This document shows positions 23,383-36,600 of a stretch of DNA of 64,000 bases, piece after piece. The stretch is from Catajapyx aquilonaris (taxonomy: Eukaryota), in contig KZ538532.1 in assembly GCA_000934665.2 (NCBI GenBank), positions 1-64,000 on the forward strand, given 5' to 3'. The notes under the pieces were generated by a model. It was not told where the DNA came from, did no database searches, and saw nothing but the letters and a program-made list of their open reading frames with translations. Positions within the stretch are counted from its first letter, which is position 1. Each line of letters starts with the position of its first letter. A program made the position numbers and the translations under genes.

Positions 23383-25081
23383 TCACCGATTAAATAGGAG
23401 TTTCACTACTTCAACATTAGTACACTGTTTCCAATAAGCCTCGGACCCCTTAACCACGTTCACGTTGGCTTTGACAAACCTCACACATGCTTCCTTCAGT
23501 ACTGGCGAATCATGCATCATGGCCACAGTCAGAATATCAAGTACGGTTTCTACAGTTACACGGCTTATGAGATGAACCTGGCACAAAGACTTCAGCCGAA
23601 GAATCTGATACTTATCGGCAGCTTCCAACAGATCCATAGCTGTTTTATCAATAATGTTTTCTGGAGTTTGATCATAGTACATGAAGTGTATGAGGCCTCG
23701 CACCACTTCAGGACTGAAGTCCTTGATCATCACCTCTCCTGTCATTTTTTCCTCAGTCTCATGCTCAAACATGGCTGAAAATACTGGGCTACGAGCACAC
23801 ATAATAAACTTGTGCACTTCAAACCCTGACCCATTAACCACCAACTTTACATCGGTCTTCTGTGACTTCAAATATTGCTGCACGTCTTCAGATAATTCAG
23901 GGCCATGAACCTCAACTTTCTCTTAATATAATAATATAATGAGGAGCTTGCCAGCAAATCCAGATAAATCCACTCCGGGTCGAAAATAATCTGAATACGC
24001 TGGAGGCATGCTCCACCCAATGCCTTTCTATTAACATGAAGTTGCAAGTGAAACCAGACATTTACACCGAATGCGAGCCGTGGGAAAATTGCCCTTTCAA
24101 GCAGACCCGGATATATCCGAAAGTGGTTTCCAAGCAAAAGCATATAAATCAAGTGCACATAAAGCTAAAGCCATAATTTTAATGCAAAATCAGATATGTC
24201 CATTTTTGGCGGTGCCATGCCTCAACAATCACCATACCAATATATGGTGATTCTTGAGGTGGGGCATTGTTAAAAGATGGATATATACAATTATTGTTTC
24301 TGCAATCATAATGGCAACCCCGATAGCATACTGCACATCTAGTTTCCAAGCAAAAGCAGATAAGTCTTAATTCACATATAGCTGATTTTCATGCAAAATC
24401 AGATGTATCCATTTTTAACAATGCCCTACCTCCACAATCACCATACATTGAAGTAAAACAATTGTGTCTACATAATGGCAACCCCTGTAGCATACTGCAC
24501 ATGACAACTTCACTCTCACTTTTGCCACCAGAATTGAGGAATCACTTATTATTGGCTCACTGAAAAATTGCAAATTGCGGATTTATCTGGATTTGCTGGC
24601 AAGCTCCTCCTTTCACCTCCTCAGATTTCCTCTCCAACATGATCTCCAGCTCACAAACCACAGTCAGGGTACCATTAGAAAGGAGGTGATCTGACCTCCT
24701 TGCCAACTCTTCGACAGAAATAAATTTAGGTACACCCCAAGAAAGACACATATTTTCCCTGCTGTACACATGGACATATGGACCTTTTGAGTAGTCGTTG
24801 TTGGTGGCACTCTTAATAGAGTACTTGCATGATGCTGTTAGCGCATCACCAGTTGGAATAGGACGGTAGCAGAAGAAGAGTGAGAGAAAACCGCTAGATT
24901 CCTGACCATTGCCTTTGGGATGAAGTGTCATCCTCCACTTCCTTGTTTCGCTTCCACCAGAGGTAAATTGTTGGGATATACTTTTGCTCTCCGCTTCTAC
25001 CGCTTTATATTTCTCAATAGTCCACTTGAAGCCAAATGGTTGACTTTGCTGGGTAGACACCATATGTTGGACGTTCGACAT
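23383..25081 (-). CDS. MATH-BTB (SPOP/roadkill-like) protein, CDS interrupted by an insertion
   Basis: MATH part 25081-24610 (FKWTIE, WRMTLHPKG, FLSLFF, WGVPKFI, LTVVCEL); BTB/BACK part 23915-23383 (FEVHKFIMCARSPVFSAMFEH, LLEAADKYQILRLKSLC). Joining across the insertion gives one 334-aa ORF. Too divergent to call SPOP itself. Confidence 0.85.
23921..24609. mobile_element. 689-bp insertion with 31-bp inverted repeats and 5-bp TSD inside the MATH-BTB CDS
   Basis: ctttc at 23916-23920 and 24610-24614; gaggagcttgccagcaaatccagataaatcc at 23941-23971 mirrored at 24579-24609; internal direct and inverted duplications. Confidence 0.75.
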
Positions 25082-26808
25082 TTTTCAATTGATTAGCTGT
25101 ATTAGGAGGAAGAATCATTACATTAATTACCATCAATTTTGGCTTACTTGGCATACATTACCAAGAACAGTCTGTCAACACCAAATTCACCAGCTAGTTG
25201 TCCTTCCAGTCACAATCAGTTAAGGTGCCGGTCTTGCCCCATGCCCTTGCCCAGGGGCGGCCCAGGGGTGTTCCCAGCAGAGCCTGACTGTATTAGCTAC
25301 TAGGTACAGCGACACATTTTTTTGTGTTGAATATACTGCATATGCGTTAGGGAAAAAGGTTACGTCAACATTTTCGATAAACTGTTTATCATAAAATACT
25401 ATGTTGCAGGAAACCAGGGATGTTACAGACTTACAGTACTGTACATTGCATCAGGAACGAATACTTCCTAATCAGTTATAATTATAACCTCTTCGTTCCA
25501 TGCATGTAGATAATATTTGTAGCATGTTATAGTTGCTCAAAGCGGCTCGAAGTGGCCAATATCTTAAGTCAGTAATGCTAATGTGTATACATATCTCATT
25601 TTAATTATAATGCAATTTTGCTCATTTACTCTGTAACCATTATTGCTGAAGAGTAATGATTTCTACACCTACCCTTTACCGTGATTGCCACGCATACCTG
25701 CTGTACAGTATGGTACCTAGTGAAATAAATCTGATTTATCCGCCATTATGTGGGAGGAAGTTCTTTTGACTATCGCATTAAATAGCTACCTAGCATGGGG
25801 AGGTCCCAATTGTAAGTTTCCCAAAGCAGCATAACCTGTTAATTGCTCAATTCCAAAATCATTAAAAAATCCATGCTGTCTTATTATTAATAGGTTCACA
25901 GGATATGAGAGTGGCATAGACTGCACTCGCGATTATCCGGGCCGATCCGGGCTAATGACTGCACCAGTGTCGCAGGATAATAGGAAAACATGGATAATCA
26001 GAAAATTGTTCTAGACACCATAAAAGTGAGCTGTTCAGAGGTTTTAAATAAACTATTATCCATACTGTAAGCTTCTTTAAATCAGGTTTGATCAAAATCA
26101 TGAAACTTCCCAGACATTTCAGTTCATCTTCTGAAAAAATTCTGTCATATTTCTTTGTTTTCAAGACATAGTGACATTTTCTTACTCTTAATTAGTTTCC
26201 TTTGTTTTGGCGATGCACGGATAATCTCCACCTAAATAATCAGGAGCACGGATCGGGAGTACAGTGTAGGCCCTACTATAAAAATCATGTGAATGAACCA
26301 AACATTTGTGTGAGTTCCACAATGGGCACGTTTCTGCAAAGAATCCCAGAACACCCAATTCATCAGTGGCCTTCTTTCTTCATTTTACTCTTCACCAGCT
26401 CCAGTGTTCTTTATTCACCTGATTATATGCCTAATAAAAGGTGATTTATCAATGCTGATTTCGCTGAAGAGACAGCAGGAAGTTAGAGTTATATTACTGT
26501 TCCTGAAGTTTTGAATTCCTTACTTTCTCATTGATGCCCACAACACTAATGTGCACTGGGAAAGTACAGTACAAGGTTCAGTCCAATAAAGGTGAGCCAG
26601 TGAATTGCTGTATACATGGACATGGTTACGAATAAGGAACAACAATGCTCAAATATACATGTTTCATCTATCAATGGAAATGGCTGGTAATAGAGTGGCA
26701 GGGAATCCAGAAGATATACGAAGTGTTTCTTTCGAAATGGCTACACATCCACTTTAGGTCAATTTCAAACTGGCCCCACCAGCATCTTGTTCTTTGGTTA
26801 CTCTACAT

Positions 26809-27104
26809 CAGTGGTTCCCAAACTTTTTTTGGTCAGGGCCCACATCAGATAGGGAAAATACCTCACGGCCCACCTAATGAGCCAGTTACACCTGGTCACC
26901 TCCCACGCAAAGAGTGCATGTGTATGCTTTCTGTGTTAAGAACTCAGCAGTGTGCAGGATTTTTTTTTTTTTTAAATATATTTTTATTTTACGTACTGTG
27001 CTCTTTCTCCTCGTTTCACCAGATCATTTTATAGTTTACAAGAAAAATTTACAGCTGGCTGCCCACTTGGAGGGGCCTCGTGGCCCACAGTTTGGGAACC
27101 ACTG
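26809..27104. mobile_element. hAT-family MITE
   Basis: TIR cagtggttcccaaac/gtttgggaaccactg; 8-bp TSD ctctacat on both sides. Confidence 0.85.
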
Positions 27105-27227
27105 CTCTACATGCAGGAGTATCCATTGTTTTAAAATGGGAGTATATCCTAGTATTAATAGGCACATTAATTTTTCATTCCCTTCCAAAAGGTTGCAAAT
27201 CTATTTGAACCAATCATCAATCAGTTT

Positions 27228-27381
27228 GAGATGGTCCAGATTGAGATTTTGAGAGTTTGAGATGGTTCAGATTTTTTTTTGTATATGTATTTGGTCATAC
27301 GAGGATATTGAGGACGACCTCCTCAATATCCGCTGGCAACCCCATATCTGTTTGGGAAACACCGTGAAGATGACGATGATG
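27228..27381 (+). mobile_element. Short 5'-truncated retro-insertion with (GAT)n tail (RTE-like 3' end)
   Basis: 15-bp TSD atcatcaatcagttt at 27213-27227 and 27382-27396; internal hairpin ggatattgagga-cgacc-tcctcaatatcc. Confidence 0.6.
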
Positions 27382-29551
27382 ATCATCAATCAGTTTAAAT
27401 CACATAACACTTCAGCCCTCATGTAGGTTGTGTAGAGCAGCAAATAAAAAAGACAAACAGTTTTGCTGCCAGAAGAATATTACACAGTATTCAATTCAGT
27501 CTTTGTATACGTACTTGCGGTGTTGACTGGTACTGCAATGACTGGAAAACTGCATGACAAGATTTTTAACAACCAGGATTTCAAAGCGGCTTTGAAAATT
27601 ACTGCAGCACAGGTACACGTAGAGTAACCTACTTGAGGTAACAGGTGCATCTAGTAAGTTCAAGGAAACTTATAAGTTTTCTCTGCAACACCCATTTTGG
27701 CTCCCATGACTGTAACATCAACATAACTTGAGGGAATACAGCCCTACAACAGTTATGCCAATATTTGAGTTACCTTGCGAAACTGAAACACATTGTATAA
27801 ATCTTAAGCTGGAGTATCCTGTGGCCAGGTTTGCATGTAGACAAAAGTAAGACATTCAGTAAAAAGTTCCACACTGCAACTCATCTAGTTCTTGTTACAT
27901 CCATTACCTGACATGGAGATGCCATATTGTATAACAATGGGTGAGGTATGCCACCATCTGAAATTCTGCACTAGGGAAAATAACACATTTACTCTTAAGA
28001 ATAATACTTTATTTTAACTACTTGCTTCATCACACATCTAAAAAATAGCATGATTTCGGCCAGAGAGAATAAGTACACTTTTGTAATGGAATGACCAATG
28101 TCGAGCTTATCCTGAGTCTATATGCAATCTTAAAGAGTATGTCTCTTAGGGCCATTACCTCCAATGTTGACAAAAAGGAATTTTTGTGCACAGTTGCATG
28201 ATGTACTAAAACATGAGCACATCATACTCTGCCTAGTCACGATTATTTTAAATTATCATTGGTAGAATAGGCCCTTACCAGTACAGTCACTCACGCAGTA
28301 CCACTCTAAAGGACATTATCCTACTTTAGATTTATCTGACAACTTTCAATGCATTGTTTAAAAAATCAAAAGTACATGCACTGTTTTAAAAATTCAAAAG
28401 TACATTCATTGTTAACTTATAGAACATGTATAAAACATTTGGCATGCACAAACTTGATTTCAAAGTTATCTACCACCATACTGACACATTTTATGGCCTG
28501 TGAGATTCCAAACTAACATTTGTCTATATCCATCAGTTGCCAAGTGTTTCCACTGAGTTGCTGCAGATTAACACAGATAATTTGTAATGATGACATGACA
28601 GACTTAACATTTGTCTATAACCATTAACTTTCAATTTTGAACGTTTATCAGTGGAACACTGAGCTACGTACAAGTGCCAAAAACATCATGAATGAATGTT
28701 GACGACACACAAGCCCAAAAACACGCTTTGGATTTATATACCCCGCAAAAGTTACAAAATAAATGCATCACAACATGGAAAAAAATTACACACTAATATT
28801 ACATAGACACTTTACATTGTAGGAACTGTCTGGCTTGTTCATGCTCAATGTATATCATACTCAAGAAAACTCCTTTTGGTATAATTTCCTGAGATGGGCA
28901 AATACAAGTAATACCCAGGGCATTTCCACAAGAACCCATCTCTAGTCTCCAGCTTGAATGAAAGGTAGGCAAGAAGTAACAAACAATGGGACTGTAGACG
29001 CAGAGGTAGACGCTGTCTGGAATATTGCTTTTTATGCTCCAGGCAGGGAGTTCATACCCTTAATCAATCACCCCCATCGTTACACTTCAAGCAATGTGTC
29101 TGCAGCAATAAATGGCACAAAACATTTGAAAAACTAAAAAACCCACTGAAAATGTGGTGACAGTACATATGATTATCCAGTAGAAAATATAATGCTAATA
29201 ACTACATATGGCCCTGTGGTGAGTCACATCAAACCATCCGAAAACAAATCTGCATTAACAGGCAGGATGTGACGATATCAAACATGACTGCACATAAGGC
29301 AGGCTTACAGCCTGTTACTAAATGGAGGATGGATGGCATGAACAGGGTGTGGATGATGTCACATGCCATTTTCGAGAGAATTTTTCTTTTCACACTGTGT
29401 CCCACAGGTAAATGACAGCTCATTAGCACTTTTTTCACTGCAAAAACTTTTCAGAGGTATGGCTGATATTTTAATCAGGATTTTAAAAAATCCATCTACA
29501 ACCACATTTTATTACATCTGGTGCAACAATGAAGGTAGGAAGCGTTCCATG

Positions 29552-29973
29552 TAGGGCTGTGTGATATGAGGATTTCCACACTGAAAATTGATATTGCTCA
29601 AATATCTCATGGTATTCTATATATTGAAAACTAAATATTGCCTTATACCAATTATTGAAACAGAGTATCGAAAACCAACATTAAAAATTGAATATCAAAA
29701 TCTGATCATCAAAACTGAATTGCACTGCAATTGCACACTCATTTCTAATACAGCACCCTGCAAATCAGGAAGTGAGGTACGACTGCACTACTTTTTTGAA
29801 AGATGAACTTTTGATGTTCACTGACAGAAAGTATAGTTATTGTCGTAAACAAAAAATGCGACATATTAGTTATTACTTTTAGAAAATATGGACATGAAGA
29901 AATGACACTGATCATATGATATTAAGAAAATATCGATTACATATTTGATATATCAAAATATCACACAGCCCTA
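29552..29973. mobile_element. hAT-like MITE
   Basis: TIR tagggctgtgtgatat/atatcacacagcccta; imperfect 8-bp flanks gttccatg/attctatg. Confidence 0.7.
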
Positions 29974-32900
29974 ATTCTATGTGCATTTGAAGCCTTCTCT
30001 AATGGAAAGTAGCCTCTGCCACACAGATAGGCTGAGGCCATACACAAAGTTCTCCCTTATTATGGACTTAGTAGCAATACTTTAAAAGTTTAAACCTTCC
30101 ACACTGTACCATACAATATTTGACAAATTATGCAAGTACCCAATACAAAAGCCACATTAAATGATCTGTTTACCAAGCTTCAACTCAAGTTCAACTTAAT
30201 TTCACTTGTTAACTGAACTATCCCACGCCTAACCTACTCTATCCTAATTAGGCCTACATTTACAATTAGTTTGTGTTTTATGTGGAAATTGTCTGAGGTA
30301 TCACACAGTGATGTATCCGTGGGGCCTTTTTATCTTCCCACCTAGACTGACAAGTGCTGTACTTTGAAAGTCCTAATTATGATCGAAAAAATTGGTGATG
30401 TGACCACCAGGGTAAGCCCTGACTGTATTTCGGAATCAAGCATGCAAGGCTCTCTTGCACTGGCTGACACAGTGGTATTACGTTACACTCTGACTTCACT
30501 TGCACTACCTCTTACACTACATCAGCCAATAAACGAATAGACCTACTTCACAGTCAAGTTTTATGCAAAAGTGAGAGACAGACCTTACATTTGGATTAAT
30601 GTGCAATTTGTAGAAGTGTCATATACCACTTATTGGACTGTCTAACATGTTTCAGTGCAGAAAATACAGCTGTCCACATTTGCATTAGTGATCCTACGGG
30701 CAAGATCAATGTGTTCCAATGATTATTATTACACCTTTTCTTTTTTTTAAAATAACCAGACATTCCATTTCATTTTAAACAGTTATGTGGCACAGTATAG
30801 AAAGGATCAATAAGTAAAAGCTGACAAAGTACATAATAAGTAAATTCCATTTATTGGGGGGGGGGGTCTGATGAAGGCTTTTGGCTCCTTACCTAGCTGA
30901 GGCACAGCTTAGTATTTTATACTTGCCACTGAGGTAGGATTAATTCTAATGCAGCACCCACACCTTTTCATACCAAAATTTAGAGCTTTTTTCCCAGGTA
31001 ACTCAAAAGTGGCTGCCTTGTGCAACCAAATACTTCACTATTTAGTTTTTAGACCCAGATTTGCCTATCACGTGCTTCTCACAAATGAGGACCAGTGTTA
31101 ATTAATCTGCCAGTTCCCTTGTCAGTGGAGATCATTGCCTGCATTCATTAATTGTTATCACCCATTTAATGACATCACCTGTTATATTATTTTGCCCCTT
31201 TGAGTTTTCTTCTGTCATAAATACAGGGGCACAGAAAATTAAGTGCATAAAACTGGTCTCAACCAACCCTGGACACTTTCATCTGCCCAAAGGATAGAAT
31301 GAAGCTAGTTTTTGTAGACCAGTGGTTCTGAAAGTGCAGTCTGCAACCACTAGTGACTAGTGGGATGTGAATGGATAAAAATTCAATTATTTTACTGGAG
31401 TTTACCGCTGAATGACAATTCATCCATGTGAGGATAAGTGACAAAGTAGGTCACAGGATCCTTTTGCACCTCCACAAGTTGGTTGAGGTGTTAAAAAGGT
31501 TGAGAAACACTACTCTATGTAATGCATGGGAGGCACAAACGGTGGACTAGCCTGTGGGCCGTAAGGTTCCTTGGAAAAATTAGGTGTTGAGGAGAGTAGG
31601 TCAAGTCTACTTTGTTGAACCCAAAGCTAATTTACCCTGAAAATATTATCACTGCCTCTGCTTCTCCTGCACATGTTTCTGGCACAGTAGATCCACTGCT
31701 TATGTTGCACCATTAAAAGTCCAATCGATCTTCCCATGTAACCAGTTTTACAGCTGGATTTATTCCAAATTCTTGTTCTTGGACCTCGAAAGCAATTCAG
31801 AAAGTTGGGATGCATTTCTATGGCAAAGTGTGACGTCAAGACCCAAGATTGAATTGTTGAAGACATATTGTCCAGGCCACATTGCAATGGAATTAGTTTC
31901 ATGGACAATATAGTTCAGAGCAGAAAACCACTTGTAATAGGAATGGTATCTAAGATGGCCACACCTTTTAAACTTTCATCATTAGATTGTTTCAGGTAGG
32001 TAAGGTTAACTTAGGTTAGTTAGGTTCAGTTTCACATAGGTTAAGTTAGTAGAGGGTAGATTATGTTAGTGCAGGTCAGGTTAGGTTAAGTACTGTAGGT
32101 ATAGAATAAGTTGTGGTAGATTAAGTTAATTTTCTATCTCCTTGACACTAGAGAATATTGACTACCTCTGTGACTCTGGCAATATGGGCCACATCAACAA
32201 TTATATTCAAAGAATTGGTTCAGACTTTGCCATGAAAATGGATCCATAATATTCCACCTTCTGGAATTACTCTTGATGTCCGGGTACAAGAAAATGGGAT
32301 AAATCTAGTGTGAAAACTGGTTGGAAAAAAGAACAGTGATAATAGTTTCTAACAGGGTTAGTATGGTGTAGAGCATAACATACTTAGGCTGACTGGGAGA
32401 AGTAAGGAAAAGGGGGTAACAGAAAGCAGGCAAGCAAGAGCATGGCAGGATACAAGATTCCCAATGAAAAAGGAAATGGGTTATAGAAGATGAGTAGGTT
32501 AGAAACCAACAAGTACTACAAAATGATGCAAAAAACAATCTACACATCTTGTCAGCCATCCTGTTTCAAAACCACCACTGCCCACCAGATCTGGCATGTT
32601 TCATTTGACATGCCCATTGGTAATATCGAGAAGAAATTGCATCTCGAGCTGGCAGGTATGGGCCGTTTGCATAAAACATGTGTCCATATGATTTGGCTTG
32701 GCTGAGGCCAATTCACACTAGTCAGTATGTGCTGCCAATGATGGCTCCAAAACAGACATACAATACATTACACACATCAAGACTGATGAGTGACTGCACT
32801 AGACAGGAAGAGAGGGAAAGAATCCCAGTGTAAATTTTCTCTCTTTTTGCATGCATTTTGCACTGTCAGCAGCCATAGTTAGTGGTCAACAGGCCTTTTA

Positions 32901-33682
32901 GTTACACACTTTATGCTTATTCAGGAACTGATTTTTCCAGTGACAATGACTGGATACAGTAAGAAATTGGACTGCACAGAAAAGTAGCCAAAGAAAAGCC
33001 TCACCTAGTTCACAAATACTAAAGAATGGGTTGGCAGGTGACATGACGGTAAAGTCATCAGGCATAGGGTTTTTTGCAGTGCTGATCTCTGCTGCGAATA
33101 AATATTATTCAGTAAAAATTTCCATGCTTAAATTTACCTGGTCTGTTCTCATGAAAGCACATTGCTTAAGAGAGTACACAAGGTGCATCTAAGTAACTTG
33201 CTCCAACCAGTTGCAGGTAGCCTCAAATCAGATCTGGATGAATCCCTTTGTAACTGACGTATCACAAAGGAAGATACAAGTGCAGAAAACCCCAGGCAGA
33301 AATGCACTGTGAGACAACTACAACTCATATGGCCCACAGTGATTGGTTTCAATATTGTGACATGCTGCCAACAGCTGTTTAACTTTCAGTATTTCAAAAT
33401 TTTTGCAAACAGATACAAAAAACTAACACCAAACACATCTTCAATTAAGTTCACAGTCTTCTAAAAGACACCTAACATTTAGAAAGGTTAGAGAACCTTG
33501 TTTACATGCTTCAGCTCCTCCTTTGTCATCAGTTGAAGTTTATTTCAGGTGTGGAAGGGATAGGCAAATGAAAGTGTTTCCTGTCACTAAACTCGTTGGG
33601 AATGGTATGTATGGGAGGGTTGTATCAGGTCATGCCAGACAATGGCATGTGTTGTGGATGACAAGGGAAAATATCGCAAGTC

Positions 33683-36600
33683 TTACTTGCGATGGAACTC
33701 TTGCAGGCAGAGGGTGCAGCTCCAGGACCCCTCTGGTGGTGAGGACAAGGGCGGAGTCAAGCAGTACATGTGGTAACCACGGTCACAGTCATCACAAAAC
33801 AGAAGCTGGTCCTACAACAATGTGACATAAATTAGTAAGTGAGATTAAGTTGCTTTTGATAATGCCATCGATAACTTACATCATTATCTGATGTGCCACA
33901 AATGGAGCAACACTTGCACTCAATGCACTGCCATCTGTACTTTTTCACAGATATAATCATGTTAGGGGTGAACTGCAAACATGTTGGATGTCCTGGACAA
34001 ATAAAAATATGTTATCATAGACCATGTCAGAGAAAATATGATGATTTGAACTTCCCCAGATTGAGCAATAAATAATTACACTAAAACCTAATGGCATTCC
34101 CATGGCCAAAGATTCCCTTTTTGTCCAAGAGTGATAGCTGAATTATCACTCACCAAACTATCAGGAAATCAACGTTATTACAATGGTGCCTCGTACTTAG
34201 AATTGAATTCATTTCCGGAGACCATTAAAACTCTGAATTGTTTGAAGTCCAAATAAATTTTACATACATAAAATACCATTCGTCATGCCCTTGATCCTGT
34301 TAATCGATAACCAGGTACAAGCACCTAGCCATTTGATATTACCGATACAATCGACCCTTTGGTGACTGATCAGGCCAGGCAGAGGGAATAATGGATGAGG
34401 TGATGATGAAATAGATGACTAGATTACACTCACACAATCATGCAATCACTCCATGTAAAAACATAAACATTTACAATAAAAAACAAAGTATACAAATGCC
34501 CAGTCCTGGTCGAACTGTCTGCCACGTAAGAGCGCGCTCTAGGCTACGCGATCCATTGTTGCGGAGAGCCCGTCGCGGCCCGGCCCGTTAGTTTGACACT
34601 TCTTCCTCTCGCTGTCACGGCCGCAAATATGGAGGTATCGACATGAAACTGGAGTATCTGGATGCGAAAGAGTTGCACTTTGAGATGGTGCGCTTATTTT
34701 TCTCCTGGGGCGATATTTGCGGCCGCCGCGGCCAGGTACAGTTTTTGATTTTGACCCGCAATCACTCCTTTCCATGTCGGTACCGGGCCGCGACGGGCTC
34801 CCCGCAACAATGGATTGCGTAGCCTAGAGCGCGCTCTTAATGGAGTGCTCAAAGGGCAGTGTAAACAACCAGATCACCTGGGAAATAATGGAAAAGTGAA
34901 TTAATCTGTTCCCAGATCCTACATAATAAAAACATGAAAACAATAAATAAAATATGTAAAGTGTAAGTAAAGCAAAAAACAGTCCTGAAAACACATGAGC
35001 GTAATGCAAGAGATTATTTAATATGAGAGGGAGAGACATCATGGGTGCACAACAGATGGCATTTATGCAGCAAGTGCATTTTTGCACTGCACATGCACAG
35101 CATTCAAACTCCAGATCAAATCTCTCTCAATTTTAGTGTTCAAACTCGGAAATGTTCGAAGTTAGGGTTGTTCCAAGTATGAGGCACCACTGCAGGTGCT
35201 TCATTGTTGATGTATAAGGCGCAGTCAATAAAAAAAGAGCCGAACATATTGTGGAAAACCTATGGGATGGGCAATAATGCCAATTGGAAGGAGAATCTTA
35301 AAGAAAATTATGCACATAAGCATGTATTGCTAGAGGGAGCAGGTGTCACATTACATGAAGCAACCCATAGTAAGAGCCGTCCAGCCAATATACCAGGGTG
35401 TTCCAAATTCGTGGGTCATTTCCTTAGAACTGATACCACCTGATAGTAGTTATTTTTTGTAGCTTGTCGTGGCCCTATCCACGTGCCCCATTCTATAACA
35501 ATTCTGCTATATTCAACCACCTGGGAGTAATGGGGCAACTGGATTTGGGCACAACAAGCTACTTAAAAAATAACTACTACCAGGCGGTATCAGTTCTAAA
35601 AAAATGACCCACGAATTTGGAACATCCTGTATAATGAGTAAAGTCCGGATTTTTAGGCAAATACCTTTTAGTTCCATTACAGTTGGGATGGTTTTGTGAA
35701 GAGACCTATCCATTTCATAAGTGCAGGATATGGAAAACCTAGGTTTTATAGTGCCTAAAATGGCCTATTTTGTGGTTTTGGGAACTATTTAGCCTATTCT
35801 GGCTCTTTGACTTTTCATGCCTATTTGGCCTTTTTTGGGATACTTTTTGAACTTTTTGAAGCAATTTTGGGACTTCATTTTGCCTATTGCAGACCTACTC
35901 CTTCACAGGCATGCTTGGTTTTTTTGCGGAGTATTTTTTGTGCTCCTGAAAGGACCAAATTCGTTCCTAAGTAATACCAATCATGTTGCCATGACCTGCA
36001 TGTGCAGGAAGACAGTTCCAATCACAGGGAAATCTAGAAAAATATTTGGTAACATACTGTACAAGTGGAAACGGGCTGTAAGCGGTACAGTCCAACGCAA
36101 ATGATACTTGCTTGCGCTGTGCCTTTTGCCAAAGTTTTGTGATTTTCTGTCAGTTTATCATTGTTCTTTGGTTTTTGCTCTGGTTTGTGACCTTATATTT
36201 ATACTTTAGGTCTATAAAATTTGTCTAGCTTTTTTTATTTTTTGTAACATTATCCTCCATATGCCCGCAAAAGTAAAGTTTTCGTGCCTATTTGAGGTTT
36301 TTTCGTGCCTACTTCAGTGCCTATTAATTTTCAGAGTTTTTTCGTGCCTAAAAATTCAGACTCTAATAATGAGATGAAGACTATTATGAAGGTTACCTTT
36401 TTTTTTTTTTCAAAGCATTACCCGTGATGATTTAGAGTTTAGACATTTATCCCACTGTGAGACACAAGGCATACAATTTCCTTCTCATAAAAGTCCTTAA
36501 GTTGTTACTGGAGCCACATCCAAACTCTCTCTCCTTCACTTGATCATCTGTCTAGGTACTCTAGAATTAGCATCTGTGCAAAGCTTTCTTCAGTTCACCA

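Noticed and set aside
31990..32125. Degenerate TTAGG-like repeats
   Set aside because: Short, highly degenerate and embedded in repeat-like sequence; not evidence of a telomere or fusion site
30868..32805. CTGATGA motifs at ~30868 and ~32783 (also minus strand near 45594) as possible hammerhead ribozymes
   Set aside because: No GAAA after a stem II and no supporting stems I/III
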